A DNA stretch of 59,857 nucleotides, filler included, from Nemertoderma westbladi (taxonomy: Eukaryota > Animalia > Xenacoelomorpha), in assembly GCA_032718475.1 (NCBI GenBank). It is 3 parts of 3 records of this genome, joined end to end, with 100 filler letters (N's around TTAATTAATTAA, not from the genome) between each part and the next. Parts side by side here need not be neighbours in the genome. Positions count along the whole stretch, not along the records: positions 1 to 16,164 come from JAUCBJ010007451.1; positions 16,265 to 44,099 come from JAUCBJ010000545.1; 1 more part is not named here. The stretch is one strand, 5' to 3'. Positions 11,476-25,112 of this stretch are shown here, piece by piece. Made by a program: the position numbers and the translations under genes. How positions within the stretch are numbered: the first letter of the stretch is position 1; the number at the start of each line of letters is the position of its first letter. Below the pieces are notes generated by a model, which was not told the DNA's origin, made no database searches, and worked only from the letters and a program-made list of their open reading frames with translations.

Positions 11476-13399
11476 CGCATACTTGTAAATGCGATTGTTA
11501 AATTGTTATATTTATTGGAAGAGACAGTAGCAAAGTATCCTGCAATATCCTACTGTAAAGTCTGTGAATCAAAGCATAATCCAACCTTCTCACCAAAACA
11601 GTAAACTCTAAGTAAGCAAATCTATTGCAGTATCGGTCTCTTATAACAGGTGAGGCAGAAGACAGTCTACGAACGGACAAACTTCGATAAAACAAAATCC
11701 CGCGCAGCGAATCCTAAAATCGTGCTGACTCACTGACGGACTAAAGGCGCTCGTATACTTTGCCGCGGTGTGATTTATATGGGGTGGGTGAGGGTTGCTA
11801 GCTAAATGTCTAACTAGCGGGCAAACTGCAGTATGGACAAAAATTATTTTATATATTTCGAGGTGTAAATAATTCCTAACGCGCGTGTGTTTTGATTCTA
11901 ACAGTCGAAATCAGTTTTGATCCTTCACATAATATAATTACTGGGTCCGGTGTACATTTTACAAATATTCTAATTTTGTAGTTTGTAGGTCCAATACTCA
12001 CAAATGATAAGGCTCCTTCCCCTTTTGTGTATTTCCAGGACTCAAATTCAGGCATAAGGTTAATACTACGCCCGGAATTCGGCAATTTAATTTACCAGGT
12101 CCCTAATACTAAGAAGAAATGTGTTAGTTTATTACAGTAGGCGTACAGTTACAAATATCTAGCCTGGTTTTCTATCTAGAATTTTGGTTGCCTAGGTGGG
12201 CACGGCAACTCCTTATCAGAATGTCGGCGGGGACACGGTAGATGTTAGTATCCCTAATAGCCTTAATTTATATATGCGCCTAGTAATAAACTGCCCTACC
12301 GCCTGAACGGTACAATCTTAATTCAGGTAAAAGCACAGTAACCTCTCCTGGCCTACAAACTCCAATGCAAACAATGGACACCGTTGTACTACTAAACAAG
12401 CCACCAGCGCACCTATACCTGGCAAATGAGTTAGGCGTACAGCTTACTGCACCCTACCAATGTGCATGCCTTGTACTGGTGTGCCTGTGTCCTACAGTCC
12501 CAATCCCAATAAACATTAACTTGGTCGTTTTGGCGGCCAAAATGACCAAAATCGCCAAAAAAAATGTAGTGTATTCCTATGGGCTACTTGGTCGTTTTGG
12601 CGAAGCGATTTAACTCGATTCAGTCAAGCCCAGACAGTCCGTCTCCTTGGACATCCATTTGGTTGCTCTGACTAAATGTCGGCTCGCTTTCATTTTTATT
12701 ATTGACAGATTGTTAACTTACCTGGAGCTGAGTCGGGCCTTTCAGTTGTAGTAAAGACCACCCACTGAGGCATTGATACAGCACAGGCTAATACGTAATA
12801 AGGGAGTTAGTTGAATGCGGCTTTGTTAAAAGGAGGAGTATGTATAATAATCGGATTTTGTGTGTTATTATTAGATAATCACTTCTCACCTTTTCCTTTG
12901 TGTAGCTTCAGTTTAGAGTCATTATGAAATGGCAACATGTTCTGTATGAAGGCGTCCTAATTAAGTTTTATAGTTAGAAGCTGGGTCTGTGACAGGGCGA
13001 GAGGTAGCTATTAAATAGCGACACTCAGTCTCGAACGAGTTCGGTATACTGATGAAATTCAGATTAGACGGCGCGGCCTATTTCTTGTAGCTGGGTCTGA
13101 ATTCGAGGGCGATAGTAACTGAAAACATTATAATATCAGGCTCTGTCTCTGTGCTAACAGTCAACAGAGTCGGCATATTTGGGTGAATTTATGATGATGT
13201 AATTATTATTTATCGAGACAGGGGGGGGGGGGGGGGGGGGGACTGTACGCAAAACTCGCCTTGGCGAATTAATATCCCGCCTCAATGTTAAATTCTCAAT
13301 TTAGGGAAAGGAGCAGGTTATAGTGGCATATATAGCCCCCCCCCTAACTGTTTTTATGAGAGCATTTATATTATAGCGTACTAAACAGCTAAAGGATAA

Positions 13400-16164
13400 C
13401 ATAAGGATTACGACCTTCGAGGACATCGAGGACGTTCTGGGATCAAAGAAACCTCAATCGCTCATCATCCCCGACACGTACGAGGAGATTCGATCCTGCA
13501 TGGATCTCCCAGTTAGCGAATCAATCTCTGGGGGGACAGGGGGTGAACCGCAAACATCTCGTGACGACGAGTCGACAGCTGTTCCAGTACCGAAGGACAA
13601 GGGGAAGAAACAACGCGTCCAACTCAGCCGATCTCGAACCGGTCTACGATCCCACCCCACGTCGACTGACAACCAATATATTTCCCTTGAAGAAGAATCC
13701 CAATAGTAATTATATTATTCATTTAATATGCAGTCTTATGTATTTTGTCTGTCTGCCTTAAGATTGATTAATTTAGAAAGTGTAACTGTTATGCACTCTA
13801 TAGGTTTATGATCTGCAATGTGTCGTCTATATTTAGGTTTATTATTCCACTTTTATCGTCCTAAATGTGTCTTACATCACTGGTGTTTCTACTACATCTT
13901 AGTTCACTATTTCATCTTTCCTTGCTTCATGTCAGGATGTTGAATGTCATACTCGAACTAATATTTCACTCTGCTTCATTCAGAATAACAAGTAATTTCA
14001 CAATAATAATATCCTTTCATTTTCTTTCATTATATTTCATATTAATTTCTCAATTTCTTTATTTCAAACAAACATACGAACAAGTTGGTTGTGGGTAGCC
14101 TATGGCCTTCACATGCTACTTTCGTCACTTATAATGCCCCAGCATCACCCTACCCCACCACCCCATCCCCCTTCATGTACCTTCTGTTACTCGATAGTAT
14201 CCCCCACCGAAACCTCCTTAAAGTGCTCACTATGTCAAAATTTATATCACTATCCTTGTGGGACCTGTCTCGATTTAGCGCATTTACCATTGTCTAACAC
14301 AAATTCGATCCTAACATACTGTATATACTGTTACTTGGATATTTTTCCTTTTAATAATGTCCCTAACTCTGATACTGATATTTTTTCTGACGGGGCCGAG
14401 GACACTAATTCAATAGACTTTTCTGCTTCAAATAATCAATTCAAATCAATTGACCCCGACAGAAATATAATATCTTCCATCAATAGCTCTGACTACTTTA
14501 ACACTGACTCTTACAACTCCCTTCTAGAACAAGCACAGCACAATACAAACAAAAAACCACTTACTGTGTTTCACCTTAACTGTCGCAGTCTCAATAAAAA
14601 TATACAGGAAACTTCAGACTATCTGGATTTATTAAATAAAAAGTTCGATATACTTACATTCTCTGAAACCTTTCTTACAGATAATACAGACCTTTCACAG
14701 CTCCAACTGGATGGATACTACAAACCAATAATTAATAATAGACAATACGGCAAGCGTGATAGGGGAGGCACCGCTATTTACATAAAACAGGGAATCCAAT
14801 ACTCAACTGATGTTAACTTTACTGTAGATGGGTGCGAATCCTCTTGGGTACTGCTAACAGCAGAGAGAGCTAACCGTAAACCTCTACTTCTAGGAACGCT
14901 GTACCGCCCAGACTCATGCACTGAATCCAAATTCTCGGACGAACTTAATAATTTACTTACTAAAGTTACAGACTCGAAATACGACACAATTATAACAGGG
15001 GATATCAATATTGATACCTTAAAACAAAATTACAAAACAAAAACCTATAACAATACATTAGGCACTTACGGATTCCAACAGCTAATAAAACAAGCAACGA
15101 GAATAACACCTTACTCAAAAACCTTAATTGACCACATATCCACCAATATAACCGATAAATTTGTTACAGCTGGTGTTTTTCTAGCAGAAATGGGAACCTC
15201 TGACCATTTGGCCACATTTGTTGTTGTCAACTCTTTTGACGTTTATCTGTCCGAAACTGAAACTCCTCGATCAATTTATGATTATAATAAATTTACTAAA
15301 GATAAATTCTTATCTGACATAAATAATCCTTCAAATTGGACATATAATGATGACGCTATTTTGAAAGAAGAAAAATTCCAAGTTTTTTACAACAATTTTA
15401 ATTTAATTTGTGCCAACCATTTGCCGAAAAAAACAATAAACCCGAAATTAATTCCGAAAAAACCATGGATGACAACTAACTTGGTCAAATGTGTAAGGAG
15501 GAAAAATAAACTATACACTGCTTTCATCTCAAACCCGTCGGATACAAATCTTTCACAATATAAAACCTACCGAAACACTCTCACAAAAATTATGCGTAAT
15601 GCCCAAAAAAGTTATTACGAAAATGAGTTTCTGAAAAATCAAAACAATAGCAAAAAAACCTGGAAAACAATAAATACGGCACTACATAGATCCAAAAAAT
15701 TATCGTCCCCCGTGAAAATCAAGATAGATTCAATAGATTCAACTACAACTGATAAATCTATTATTGCTAATATATTAAATAAACACTTTGCATCGATTGG
15801 GCCGCAATTAGCGAGTAAAATACCAAAATCACAAAGGCAACCAACTCGTTATGTAAAAAATAATAAATTTAATTCTTTCTCACTCATAGAACCCAGTGAA
15901 ACTGAAATAATATATTTTTTGTTAGATATCGACAAAAATGTCTCAACTTTTGACGAGTTTCCTGTCTTATTGGTCAAATTAGCTGCCCACAGCCTTGCCC
16001 CTCACCTAACTTATCTCATTAACCTTTCAATTAAAAATGGATTCTACCCAGATGCTCTAAAAAAGGCTAAAATAATACCAGTTTTCAAATCCGGAGATCC
16101 AACCGATAAAAACAATTACCGCCCGATATCAATATTACCCTTATTCACAAAGATATATGAACGT
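13400..16164 (+). mobile_element. L2/Crack-type (CR1 group) non-LTR retrotransposon, cut by the assembly gap
   Basis: Long ORF2 preceded by an AT-rich spacer and a probable ORF1 C-terminal remnant (13500-13706). The left boundary is approximate. Confidence 0.75.
14134..16164 (+). CDS. LINE ORF2: PHD finger + AP endonuclease + start of reverse transcriptase
   Basis: PHD-like CTFC..CSLC..HYPC..CIYC-FPF; APE motifs HLNCRSL, FSETFL, GGTAIYI, LYRP, GDINID, TRIT..TLIDHI, SDH; RT entry NYRPISILP; uninterrupted until the Ns. Confidence 0.9.
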
Positions 16165-16263
16165 NNNNNNNNNNNNNNNNNNNNNNNNNNNNNNNNNNNN
16201 NNNNNNNNTTAATTAATTAANNNNNNNNNNNNNNNNNNNNNNNNNNNNNNNNNNNNNNNNNNN
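16165..16263. other. Assembly gap with artificial linker N..TTAATTAATTAA..N
   Basis: The 12-mer has stops in all six frames and sits between N runs; the same structure occurs at 44100-44199. Confidence 0.92.
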
Positions 16264-16294
16264 NGGCTTTTACATTGATTCCTGGATTCAGTAT

Positions 16295-16650
16295 CCAATG
16301 TGCTGCACAAAGGTATCTTAAACGTTTCAACGGATTGTTTCAGTATCCCATATACTGCGCGAAGGTATCTTAAATGTTTCAATATATTGTTACAGTACCT
16401 ATCCCACGTGCTGCATGCAGGTCTCTTAAACGCTTCAATGGATTGTTTCAGTATCTCACATACTGCGCGAAGGTCTCTTAAACGTTTCAACCGATTGTTA
16501 CAATACCCCACATGCTGCATGAAGGTCTCTTAAACGTTTCAACGGATTGTTTCAGTATGTCACATTCTGCGTGAAGATCTCTTAAATGTTTCAATAGATT
16601 GATTCCTGGATTCAGTATCCAACGTGCTGCACGAAGTCTTCTGAACAGAT
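16295..16650. repeat. Degenerate ~52-bp minisatellite, ~7 copies
   Basis: GGT(A/C)TCTTAAA(C/T)G marker at 16312, 16364, 16420, 16472, 16524 and 16576. Confidence 0.85.
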
Positions 16651-16681
16651 TCAATTACCCGTCCCGTACAACAGATTATTC

Positions 16682-18473
16682 TACTACTACTAGGATTGGC
16701 ATGCTGCATTGCAGCTGCATTTTTAAGAATGCTGTGCCGGCTTGTCAACAAAATTGCACCGCCACAACTCCCTATCACCCATGACATTTGCTAGATCATC
16801 CGCATCTTTAAGGCCAGTGTCCTTTAAGATGCGTCTCAAGAAAGTCATGGGCTGTCCACCATGCTTATTCACTCCATGGGGCTGCCAAAGTACAAGATTA
16901 TGCACTGGCTGGTCCTCACGGCGAAAGCAATGTCCTGCAAAGCGGAGGCGATTTTGTTCTAGTGTCAAGCTTGGAGGAACCAATGAGACACCTCCAATGT
17001 TATATAGTGTCTGGTTGGAGATGTGTGCATTGTACTTGACACAATGAACCCGGCGTAGCATTCTTGTGAATGTGCCATCCAGAGATTTGGTGTCCTCAGC
17101 AGTTAGAGCCCAGCATGGACTCCCGTAGAGGAGTACTGGAACTACTGCTGCTCTAAATAATCGGACCTTAAGTTTCCGATTAATTCTAGGTGACTTACAA
17201 ATCCTGGAAAGCCTATTCAAGGCTGCCCATGCCTTTCCCTTACGTATTCGAAGGTCCTCACCTGACTTCCGAATCCATGATCCCAGGTAACAGAAGTCGT
17301 CCACATGCTCAAGCATACCATCCTTTGAACTTATGCTCATCCGATCAGAGACTTGCTGAGGACTTTCAAAGTTAACTGTCAGAATTTTGGTCTTTCTGGA
17401 GTTAATAAAAAGACCAACACTAGAAGCAGCATGTTCTAATGAGCTGAGGAGCCGTTGGGCTCCCTCTAATGATTCTGAGAGTACTCCTAAGTCATCAGCA
17501 AAGTCTAGATCAATTAGGTACTTGGCAGGATTTCCTCGACTTCTGGAGCCAGTAGGTGGAGTTATCATCACCCCATCATCATTGTGATGATCTAAGGACA
17601 TGCGTAGAACATAGTCAACCACAATAATGAACAAGAATGGTGCAAGTGTGTCTCCTTGGAGGACGCCCCATAACACTTCAAATGGTTCTGTGTCACCGTC
17701 AACAGTAGACACAAATGTTGTCGAACCATCGTATACTGATCTGATTGCTGCAATAATTTCATCAGGAATCCCATATAATGAAAGTATGATGAACATACGT
17801 GACCGAGAGACTGAATCAAAGGCCTTGAAGAAGTCAACAAAGATAACAGCCAGATGCCTGTCTTTCTTTTTTGATAATTCTTCAATTATCCTTCTAAGTG
17901 CCAAAATGGGCTCCATGGTCCCACGACCTTTACGGAACCCATTCTGATTTCCACGGAGCAGTCTCTCAATGGGATCCCTGATGCGATTTAATAGAATCCT
18001 ATTGTATAGCTTTGCAGCAATCGAGATCTATGAGATTCCCCGAAAAGAACCATAGAGTGTTAGGTTGCCCTTCTTGGGAACTGGCACCAACTTATTTGTT
18101 TTCATTTCTTGTGGGACTCTTGTTGTTCGGTACATGTCTACTATGATGGGATAGATGAGCTTTAAACACTCAGGTATTTTAAAGACCTCAGGGGGAACAC
18201 CATCTACTCCACTGGCACGATTGGTCTTAATGCTCTTTGCAGCAGCCTTCACTTCTGCAAAGGAGATATCGCCAGTAGGAATATCTGGAAGTACAGACTC
18301 AGACACTTTTACTTCTATAATGTTATCAGGCAATACCCTGTCATTATTGAGGAGCTTTTCAAAGTGGGCTTTCCAACCATTGAGGCGATCGGCTGGTGAT
18401 TCAACCTTAACCTTGGTGGTTGGTTGGCTTTTCCGCCCAGTAAGCAGATTGATCGATTTCCATGCCTGGGATT
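16682..18473 (-). mobile_element. 5'-truncated RTE-group LINE
   Basis: (TAG)n tail; 10-bp TSD CAGATTATTC (16672-16681, 18474-18483); RT coding sequence. Confidence 0.93.
16723..18470 (-). pseudogene. RTE reverse transcriptase with a single in-frame nonsense codon at 18028-18030
   Basis: ORFs 18028-18333 and 16723-17916 share one frame (FRGIS*ISIAAKLYNR); motifs DFFKAFDSV, GVLQGDTLAPFLF, LDFADD, YLGS, RLRFAGHC. Confidence 0.92.
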
Positions 18474-20139
18474 CAGATTATTCAGTGTCATGCGCGAATC
18501 GGCGAATGCATTATGATTATACCAATGTCGTCATCTGGCTTCGTTTTCTTCACGTTTTTTTTTAGGTGGTTTGAGTTGGTTTGCAGTGCAGACTTCACTT
18601 CACATTCTGATAATATTTATTTCAGTATTGACTTGACATTCTAGTTTTCGAGTTTTATAGAGAACAGTCTGACAGTAGAATATACAGTAGGATCATTCCA
18701 TTCATGCTCGACCAATGGGTGTGGCAAGGGTCGGAGATTTTCGATGAAATTTTCACCCTTTATTGATACTTGTGAAAAAATGATATTTTGAAAATTTCAG
18801 CTTATTTCATTGATTTGTTCTCGAGATATCGCTGTTTGAATTATCGCTCATTTTCAAAATTCAGTTAATCACATTATTTAAGGTGGAGTCTAAACTTGCT
18901 CTGATTATCAGTTTTGTATTAATTGTGCTTGATATTAACAATTGGAGACATATATGTCCATATTTTAGTAATGAAATTAGTAAACTATTTGTCAGAAAGC
19001 TACAATGAGTCTTTAAAATCCTCTAAAAATTTGAAATTTTGAAAAATGCCAGATTTATAACATATTCTACGTTGTTCTGATAATTAGTTTACCTGATATA
19101 TAAGTTTCTCATGTTACAGCAACTCAAAATGGACTTACAGTAGTAAAGCAAGATTCACTTAAAAAACAAAAATCAGAAACCCAGTGTGAATGTTTATATT
19201 TGCGAAGAATTGCAAAAACGTGAAAAAGGGATACTTTGACGACGTTGGTGATGCAATCTGATTAATGATATGCTCATGATCTTTTAACCCTGTCATCATT
19301 GATATAAAGTGTCCACCCTGTCAAAATTTGAAGTCTAAACTGGGAATGGTTGAGTATGTGCTGTGCACCTCAACAAAGAAAACCAAAAATTTTCAGAGGC
19401 GGGTGGATTCCAATGTTCCGTGAGAAGTTCTGATGATGAGTTTTTGCATGAATATAAGTTTTTTTGTGAGAATTATGATAAATTACTAAATTTTAAATTA
19501 TATTCCCAAAACGAATAGTCAGAAACTGTGGGGAACTAAAACAAATGTGCATATATTTAGTTACCAGTGGAGGTCACTCACGTGCGACGTGAAGTGCCCT
19601 TCCCACTCATTTATTGACTATACATATATACAGTATATTGTATATGGTAGGCCCTATTTCAAGTAATGAATCAAAAGGGAAGATAAGGTATAGTGACTAA
19701 TTACTTAAGGTATTTGTATTATTAAAGTATAATGTATGACTGTGAGTTGGGTAGTTCAATAGTTAGCAATTTGAGTTTGGTAGTATTTTATTGATGATGA
19801 AGTCTATTGCACATTGTACTTATATCTCAATTTTTCAACCACACTTATCACAAATGATGTCTAAATCATAATCGAAGTTATTGGGCAAACAATAAGTGCA
19901 TGAACATGATATGTCACAATTATCACAGAGCACCTATAGATCCTGATTTATGTGTGTGTCTGATTCCCAGGATTTCCTACAGTTATAGCAATAGTCCTCA
20001 GTATCAGAAGATGCAGATATAGAAGGAACAACTGTCAGACTGTAGTTGGTTTGTGGACGGACAGGTATCTCTCTCATAACTTTGCGATACTGATTCACTT
20101 CAGATCCTGAGGTAACCCTGCATACAAGCTTATGTTGGG

Positions 20140-20340
20140 CGAGCGACGAAAGTAAACGAGCTTAGCATACAGGTACCACTAACTCAATCTGTGTGTCTGT
20201 TGTTCTGTTGATCTGTTGTTCTGTCGATCTGTTGTTCTGTCGTGTCCAATTTTAAACGTTAATAACTCAGCCAAATGTTAATGAACTTTAACCAAACATG
20301 GTACACATGTAGTCTGGCAAAAGTTTAGAAATTTTCCAAG
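20140..20340 (+). mobile_element. Fragment of another HINE-like repeat
   Basis: TCTGT-rich microsatellite followed by AATAACTC...ACCAAACATGGTACACATG, an arrangement I associate with this repeat class; ends not defined. Confidence 0.35.
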
Positions 20341-21336
20341 TTGAATTTGCGTGGGATCTTCGTGCAGCATCTGTGTAACTGTCTTATGGTTATAATAAAT
20401 TAATCTACCCAAAAATTATTAGGCTTGGCATCAGCTGGTTGCTAGGAGACTACAGGATTACAGTACGGTACCAGTACTGTTAACAGTTACAGTGGTACAG
20501 AGTTACCGGTACCGTCTTCAGGTCGTTGGTCGTTGGCAACGGCAAGGCCATCTAAACAACTTCTTCATCTAAACAGCTTCCGACAGTCCGATGTATCTGG
20601 ACCCGAGCAGCCGAGTGGCATCAAGATGCAATTAACTGAGGAATAAATACTACGTAATTGCTTGCTTGTCAGTAAGATTATATTTACTACACTGGGAATA
20701 CGGTGGTCGGTCAGATCGTAATGCGGGCCACTGTCAAGTTCCTCATGCCTCACTCAGGCCACCCACCTTGGAGTGCGGTGGGAAGAGTCCAACTTACGTC
20801 GATGACTGGACGAATCGACGAGGATTGCGATTTGGGTTTAGCGGCGGCCCGGACAGCCGGATCCTGGGATCGCCTGGGGGAAATTGTTGAAAGTCGGGCA
20901 GATGTGTATCTCACAAGATTACGTTCTCTGCCACGCAAAAGTATGAGGCGAATTCGTTGTCGAATTGGGTCAGAAGCTGCGGGAATTCTACTGTTCTACG
21001 GGAATAAACCGCAGCTGTCCGGTGACTACGGTCGGATACTGGGATGAGCAGGTATTTCGATCGAGTTTCTCGTATTCTCGATTTTCTCGATATTTCCTTA
21101 AACCACATGGCTTCGCATATTGAACGTGTGATTGGAAATAAGTTTATGCTACCCTTCCGCCCCTTGGGTGGTAGATGTCGCGGTTATGTATTGGTTGGTA
21201 GGTAAGATGGGGGGGGGGGGTGCAGATTAAAAGGGTTGAACACGTACTGTCCCCCCTTTCTTTGATTGATTGTCGGTATGGTTAAATTTCTCAAATACTG
21301 ATTTTGTGATACAGTCGCTCAATTTTAATTTGTATC

Positions 21337-21499
21337 TCATAACTGGGCCTCGTCCTGCGCGAAGGCCCCACGAACGTGTTCAGGTGAAGCATCAAACCTA
21401 TGATAGCATCTTGTACCAGGGACTCGAGCAACAACTCCAGCGAAACGTGGTTCCAGCTCAGCTTCCTTGGTATCAACTTGTTTTGAAATCCAAATGTAC
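21337..21499 (-). pseudogene. Possible terminal exon of a Sola2-like DDE transposase
   Basis: Pyrimidine tract plus TTAACAG acceptor, then open frame YIWISKQVDTKEAELEPRFAGVVARVPGTRCYHRFDA...*; L-x2-RF...PGTR-x2-H-x-F resembles, from memory, Sola2-type C-termini. Confidence 0.35.
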
Positions 21500-22767
21500 C
21501 TGTTAAGAATGTAATAAATAAAGGAAAAAGATTAATCAACATGCAGCTTTGCCTAAAGATACTGAAACATATTTTTTATGATTAGATCCGCTTCTATATA
21601 TAGTTATATACTCACTGAATCCCTGTCAAAGCTACAGTACCGGTTCAGCCAGACAGCGTGACAGCTGCACTGCAACAGTTATAATAACAGAGACAACAGG
21701 ATAATTCAGTCTGGCAGTAATGTACAGTACTGTACTGAAATAAAATGTCTACAATGTGACCGCCAGAATTCAAATCTGCCTCCAATTTAATCATATTTCG
21801 GTTAATTAGGATTTCCCTTAAATATTTTGTGGTCATAAATGTGCAATTTCTGGTGAAAATATACAAGATGTCATAAAGGATAAAGCCACAGGCCATAAAA
21901 TAATTATCAGATTATGGCGAAACACCTATTGTTGTTTATGAAAACTTAACTTAATCATACGGTGAAATTTATTCGTGATAGGTATTTTAGTTGTTGTTCA
22001 CTGAATCATTTTTTACAGTGTATGTGCGGATGTGTGTGGATTTCTGTATTTCATCTATTATAGTATATATTTTAAATATTATTTACATCAGAGGCTGGCA
22101 ATACAAGGTAGGAGTGTAATCTTCCATCGATAACCATACCTCAATGAACTGAACACTACGCAAACTTTAGTTTACTGTTTGTAGTTAGTACTGTAGTACT
22201 GTAGTGTAGTTGCAGTAGTCAGGTAGTAGGCCTAGTTAGTAGGTAAGGTACCGGTACATGGTAAACACTAAAACAGGTACTGCTGTACTGAGGTACCGGT
22301 CAGCCGGTACTAAAGTCAGAAAGTAAGGGTGCATGTAAAGAGCGGACTGCGGACTACGGACTGCGAATTGTCAATTAAAAGCCCAAATATGCGCGGTCAA
22401 TTTGAATTTATAGCATTATAATGTAAGACTAAGAATCCGCTCTTTGTTGTCTGGACAAACGGCGGAATAAAGCCAGAAAATTGTAACCTGATTGGCTCAA
22501 TCATTTACATAGGCCCAAAGGGAACTTTCCTGAATCCTCTTATTGGCTTAAGTTAAATGTTTTCATTGTGACACATAGATGATAGAGATGGAAACACAAA
22601 CAATATTCCAACATTACTACAGTATAATTATGCTGTAAGTAATTAAGTAGGCCTACCGGTGCGGTATCAATTAAGCTATGCCGTCAGCAGGCATGTACTG
22701 TTGGCCTACCGGCTACCGGTTGAAGTTTTCGATTAGGCCTAATTCAAACTAAAACTAAGTATAATAA

Positions 22768-23142
22768 GGGGCCGTCCAAGTATGACGTCTGCACTTTTCT
22801 CCAAAATGTTGACCACCTCCCTCCCCTAAATCAGATGTCATCAGATAGTCGTTGACACCCCCCCTCCCCTAAATCAGATTAAAAAAATTTTCGCGTGCTA
22901 ATCACTGAAACATGGTGACTGGTAACTGAAACAGAAGGTTGTGCTACGGGCCTTCTGGGGCTTCGAACAATTAAAATAGGCAAGCTATTTACTCTTCTGT
23001 TATATCTCTTCTAGCACCTATAAATGAACATGCTGACGTCAGATTTTGGCTGACCCCCACCCCTCCCCTCATCAGCACGTCATCAGATTTTCCCAACCCC
23101 CCTCCCCACCCTAAAGTGCTGACGTCATACTTGGACGGCCCC
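22768..23142. mobile_element. Zator/Harbinger-type MITE
   Basis: 22-bp TIR GGGGCCGTCCAAGTATGACGTC; 3-bp TSD TAA (22765-22767, 23143-23145). Confidence 0.88.
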
Positions 23143-23473
23143 TAAGTAACGTAATCGATGGCGGCCGTATTGCAAGTGTAGTACTGTAGAAGGCCTATTC
23201 TTAAACGTCCAAAACTAAACTTACAGACTTACTATATATAATACATCCAGGCTTACGTAAGATGATATCAGGAATCAGGATATTGCCTTGATGTGAAAGT
23301 TTAGGAAAATATTACCTGATTACTACTGTATTTAGAGTAGAGCAGTAGAGGTAGGTTCGCCACTACAGCACTAGTCCTCAGTCAGTCAGTAGGTATAGGT
23401 TCGCCACTAGTAGTAGTTCCTTAATCAACAGTGCACGTAATCAGCACGTGCACGTGCAGTAATTACTGTATAG

Positions 23474-25112
23474 TAGGGCTCGATCGGAGTTGGGATTTGG
23501 CCGGAGCCGGAGCAGGAGCCGGAGTTGGACAATTTGGCCGGAGCCGGAGCAGGAGCCGGAGTTTTTCAAAAATTTTAAAAATTTAATTATTTATTTAGAA
23601 AAAATAAAGTATGGTTATCGTTCGCCAATCGCTCATAATCAATCATACTGTAGGTCTAATTAATTTCATAATTTATAGATTTACGAATTTTCAATTTAAA
23701 ATTTAAGTACCGGTAATTAATTAAAGTTATCACGGACAGACGGCCTGACGCTGACGGCTAAAAATTACCTACAGTACCTAACTCACTAACTGCTGAACTG
23801 TGGTAGAGGTGTGTACTGTAGGTAGTAGGGCTCGATCGGAGTTGGGATTTGGCCGGAGCCGGAGCAGGAGCCGGAGTTGGACAATTTGGCCGGAGCCGGA
23901 GCAGGAGCCGGAGTTTTTCAAAAATTTTAAAAATTTAATTATTTATTTAAAAAAAAATAAAGTATGGTTATCGTTCGCCAATCGCTCATAATCAATCATA
24001 CTGTAGGTCTAATTAATTTCATAATTTTGAATTTATAGATTTACGAATTTAAAATTTAAGTAATTAATTTATCACGGACAGACGGCCTGACGCTGACGGC
24101 GACGGCCTGATGCTGACGGCGACGGCCTGACGCTGACGGCTAAAAATTACCTACAGTACCTAACTCGCTGTCTAACTGTGGTAGAGGTCTGTACTGTAGG
24201 TAGCCTACCGTACGTGTACCAGTACTGCAGTACAGTATGCTGGCATGACAGCAGTAAATGGCTGCAGTCGTACAGTCTGACAGTGTACAATCATAGCATT
24301 TACAATTTTTTAAAGTAGGGCCTATCTGTAATAGTCTGCTAGTCAGCCAGCTGGCCAGTACCAGTACTGCAGTACAGTCAGTCCTGCAGTCAGTCATTGA
24401 CTTTAAGTAAATACTGCAGTATTATCAGACTGTCAGATTATACTTGATATTGAAGCTGTACTACAGTACTTATAGTGTTAAATAATTGTTCAGATTAGAA
24501 TATGCATGAAATATAATACTTTATTAAAAAATTAACTCCGGCAATATTTTTACCGGAGCCGGAGCAGGAGCCGGAGGTGCCAAAATGGCCGGAGCCGGAG
24601 CCGGAGGCCGGAGCTCCGATCGAGCCCTAGTAGGTAGCCTACCTACCTGCCTACAGTACTGCCGTACGTGTACCAGTCCTGCAGTCAGCCAGTACTGCCA
24701 GACTGCAGTACAGTATGCTGGCATGGCATGACAGCAGTAAATGGCTGCAGTGGTACAGCTACAGTGTACATTCATAGCATTTACAATTTTTTACAGCAGG
24801 GCCTATCTGTAATAGTCTGCTAGTCAGCCAGCTGCTGGCCAGTACAGTACCAGTACTGCAGTAGTCAGTCAGTCATTGACTTTAAGTAATACTGCAGTAC
24901 CGGTATTATGCTTGATATTGAAGCTGTACTACAGTAGGCCTACTTACTTCAGTACTTAGTGTAAATAATTGTTCAGATTAGAATATGCACGAAATATAAT
25001 ACTTTATTAAAAAATTAACTCCGGCAATATTTTTACCGGAGCCGGAGCAGGAGCCGGAGGTACCAAAATGGCCGGAGCCGGAGCCGGAGGCCGGAGCTCC
25101 GATCGAGCCCTA
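23474..25112. mobile_element. hAT MITE (GCCGGA-repeat family), outer copy
   Basis: TIR TAGGGCTCGATCGGAG / CTCCGATCGAGCCCTA; 8-bp TSD CTGTATAG (23466-23473, 25113-25120). Confidence 0.93.
23826..24629. mobile_element. hAT MITE (GCCGGA-repeat family), inner copy inserted in its own family member
   Basis: Same TIRs; 8-bp TSD GTAGGTAG (23818-23825, 24630-24637). Confidence 0.93.

Noticed and set aside
13049-13080. Other CTGATGA cores (13049, 19430, minus strand near 23070) as hammerheads
   Set aside because: No stem II followed by GAAA and no closing stems I/III.
16209-16787. ORFs overlapping the gap and the 52-bp minisatellite
   Set aside because: Artefacts of the Ns/linker and of repeat periodicity; 52 is not a multiple of 3.
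20560-21110. GC-rich block with several overlapping ORFs as a host gene
   Set aside because: No recognisable domain in the frames I read, and they contain frequent stops; left unassigned.
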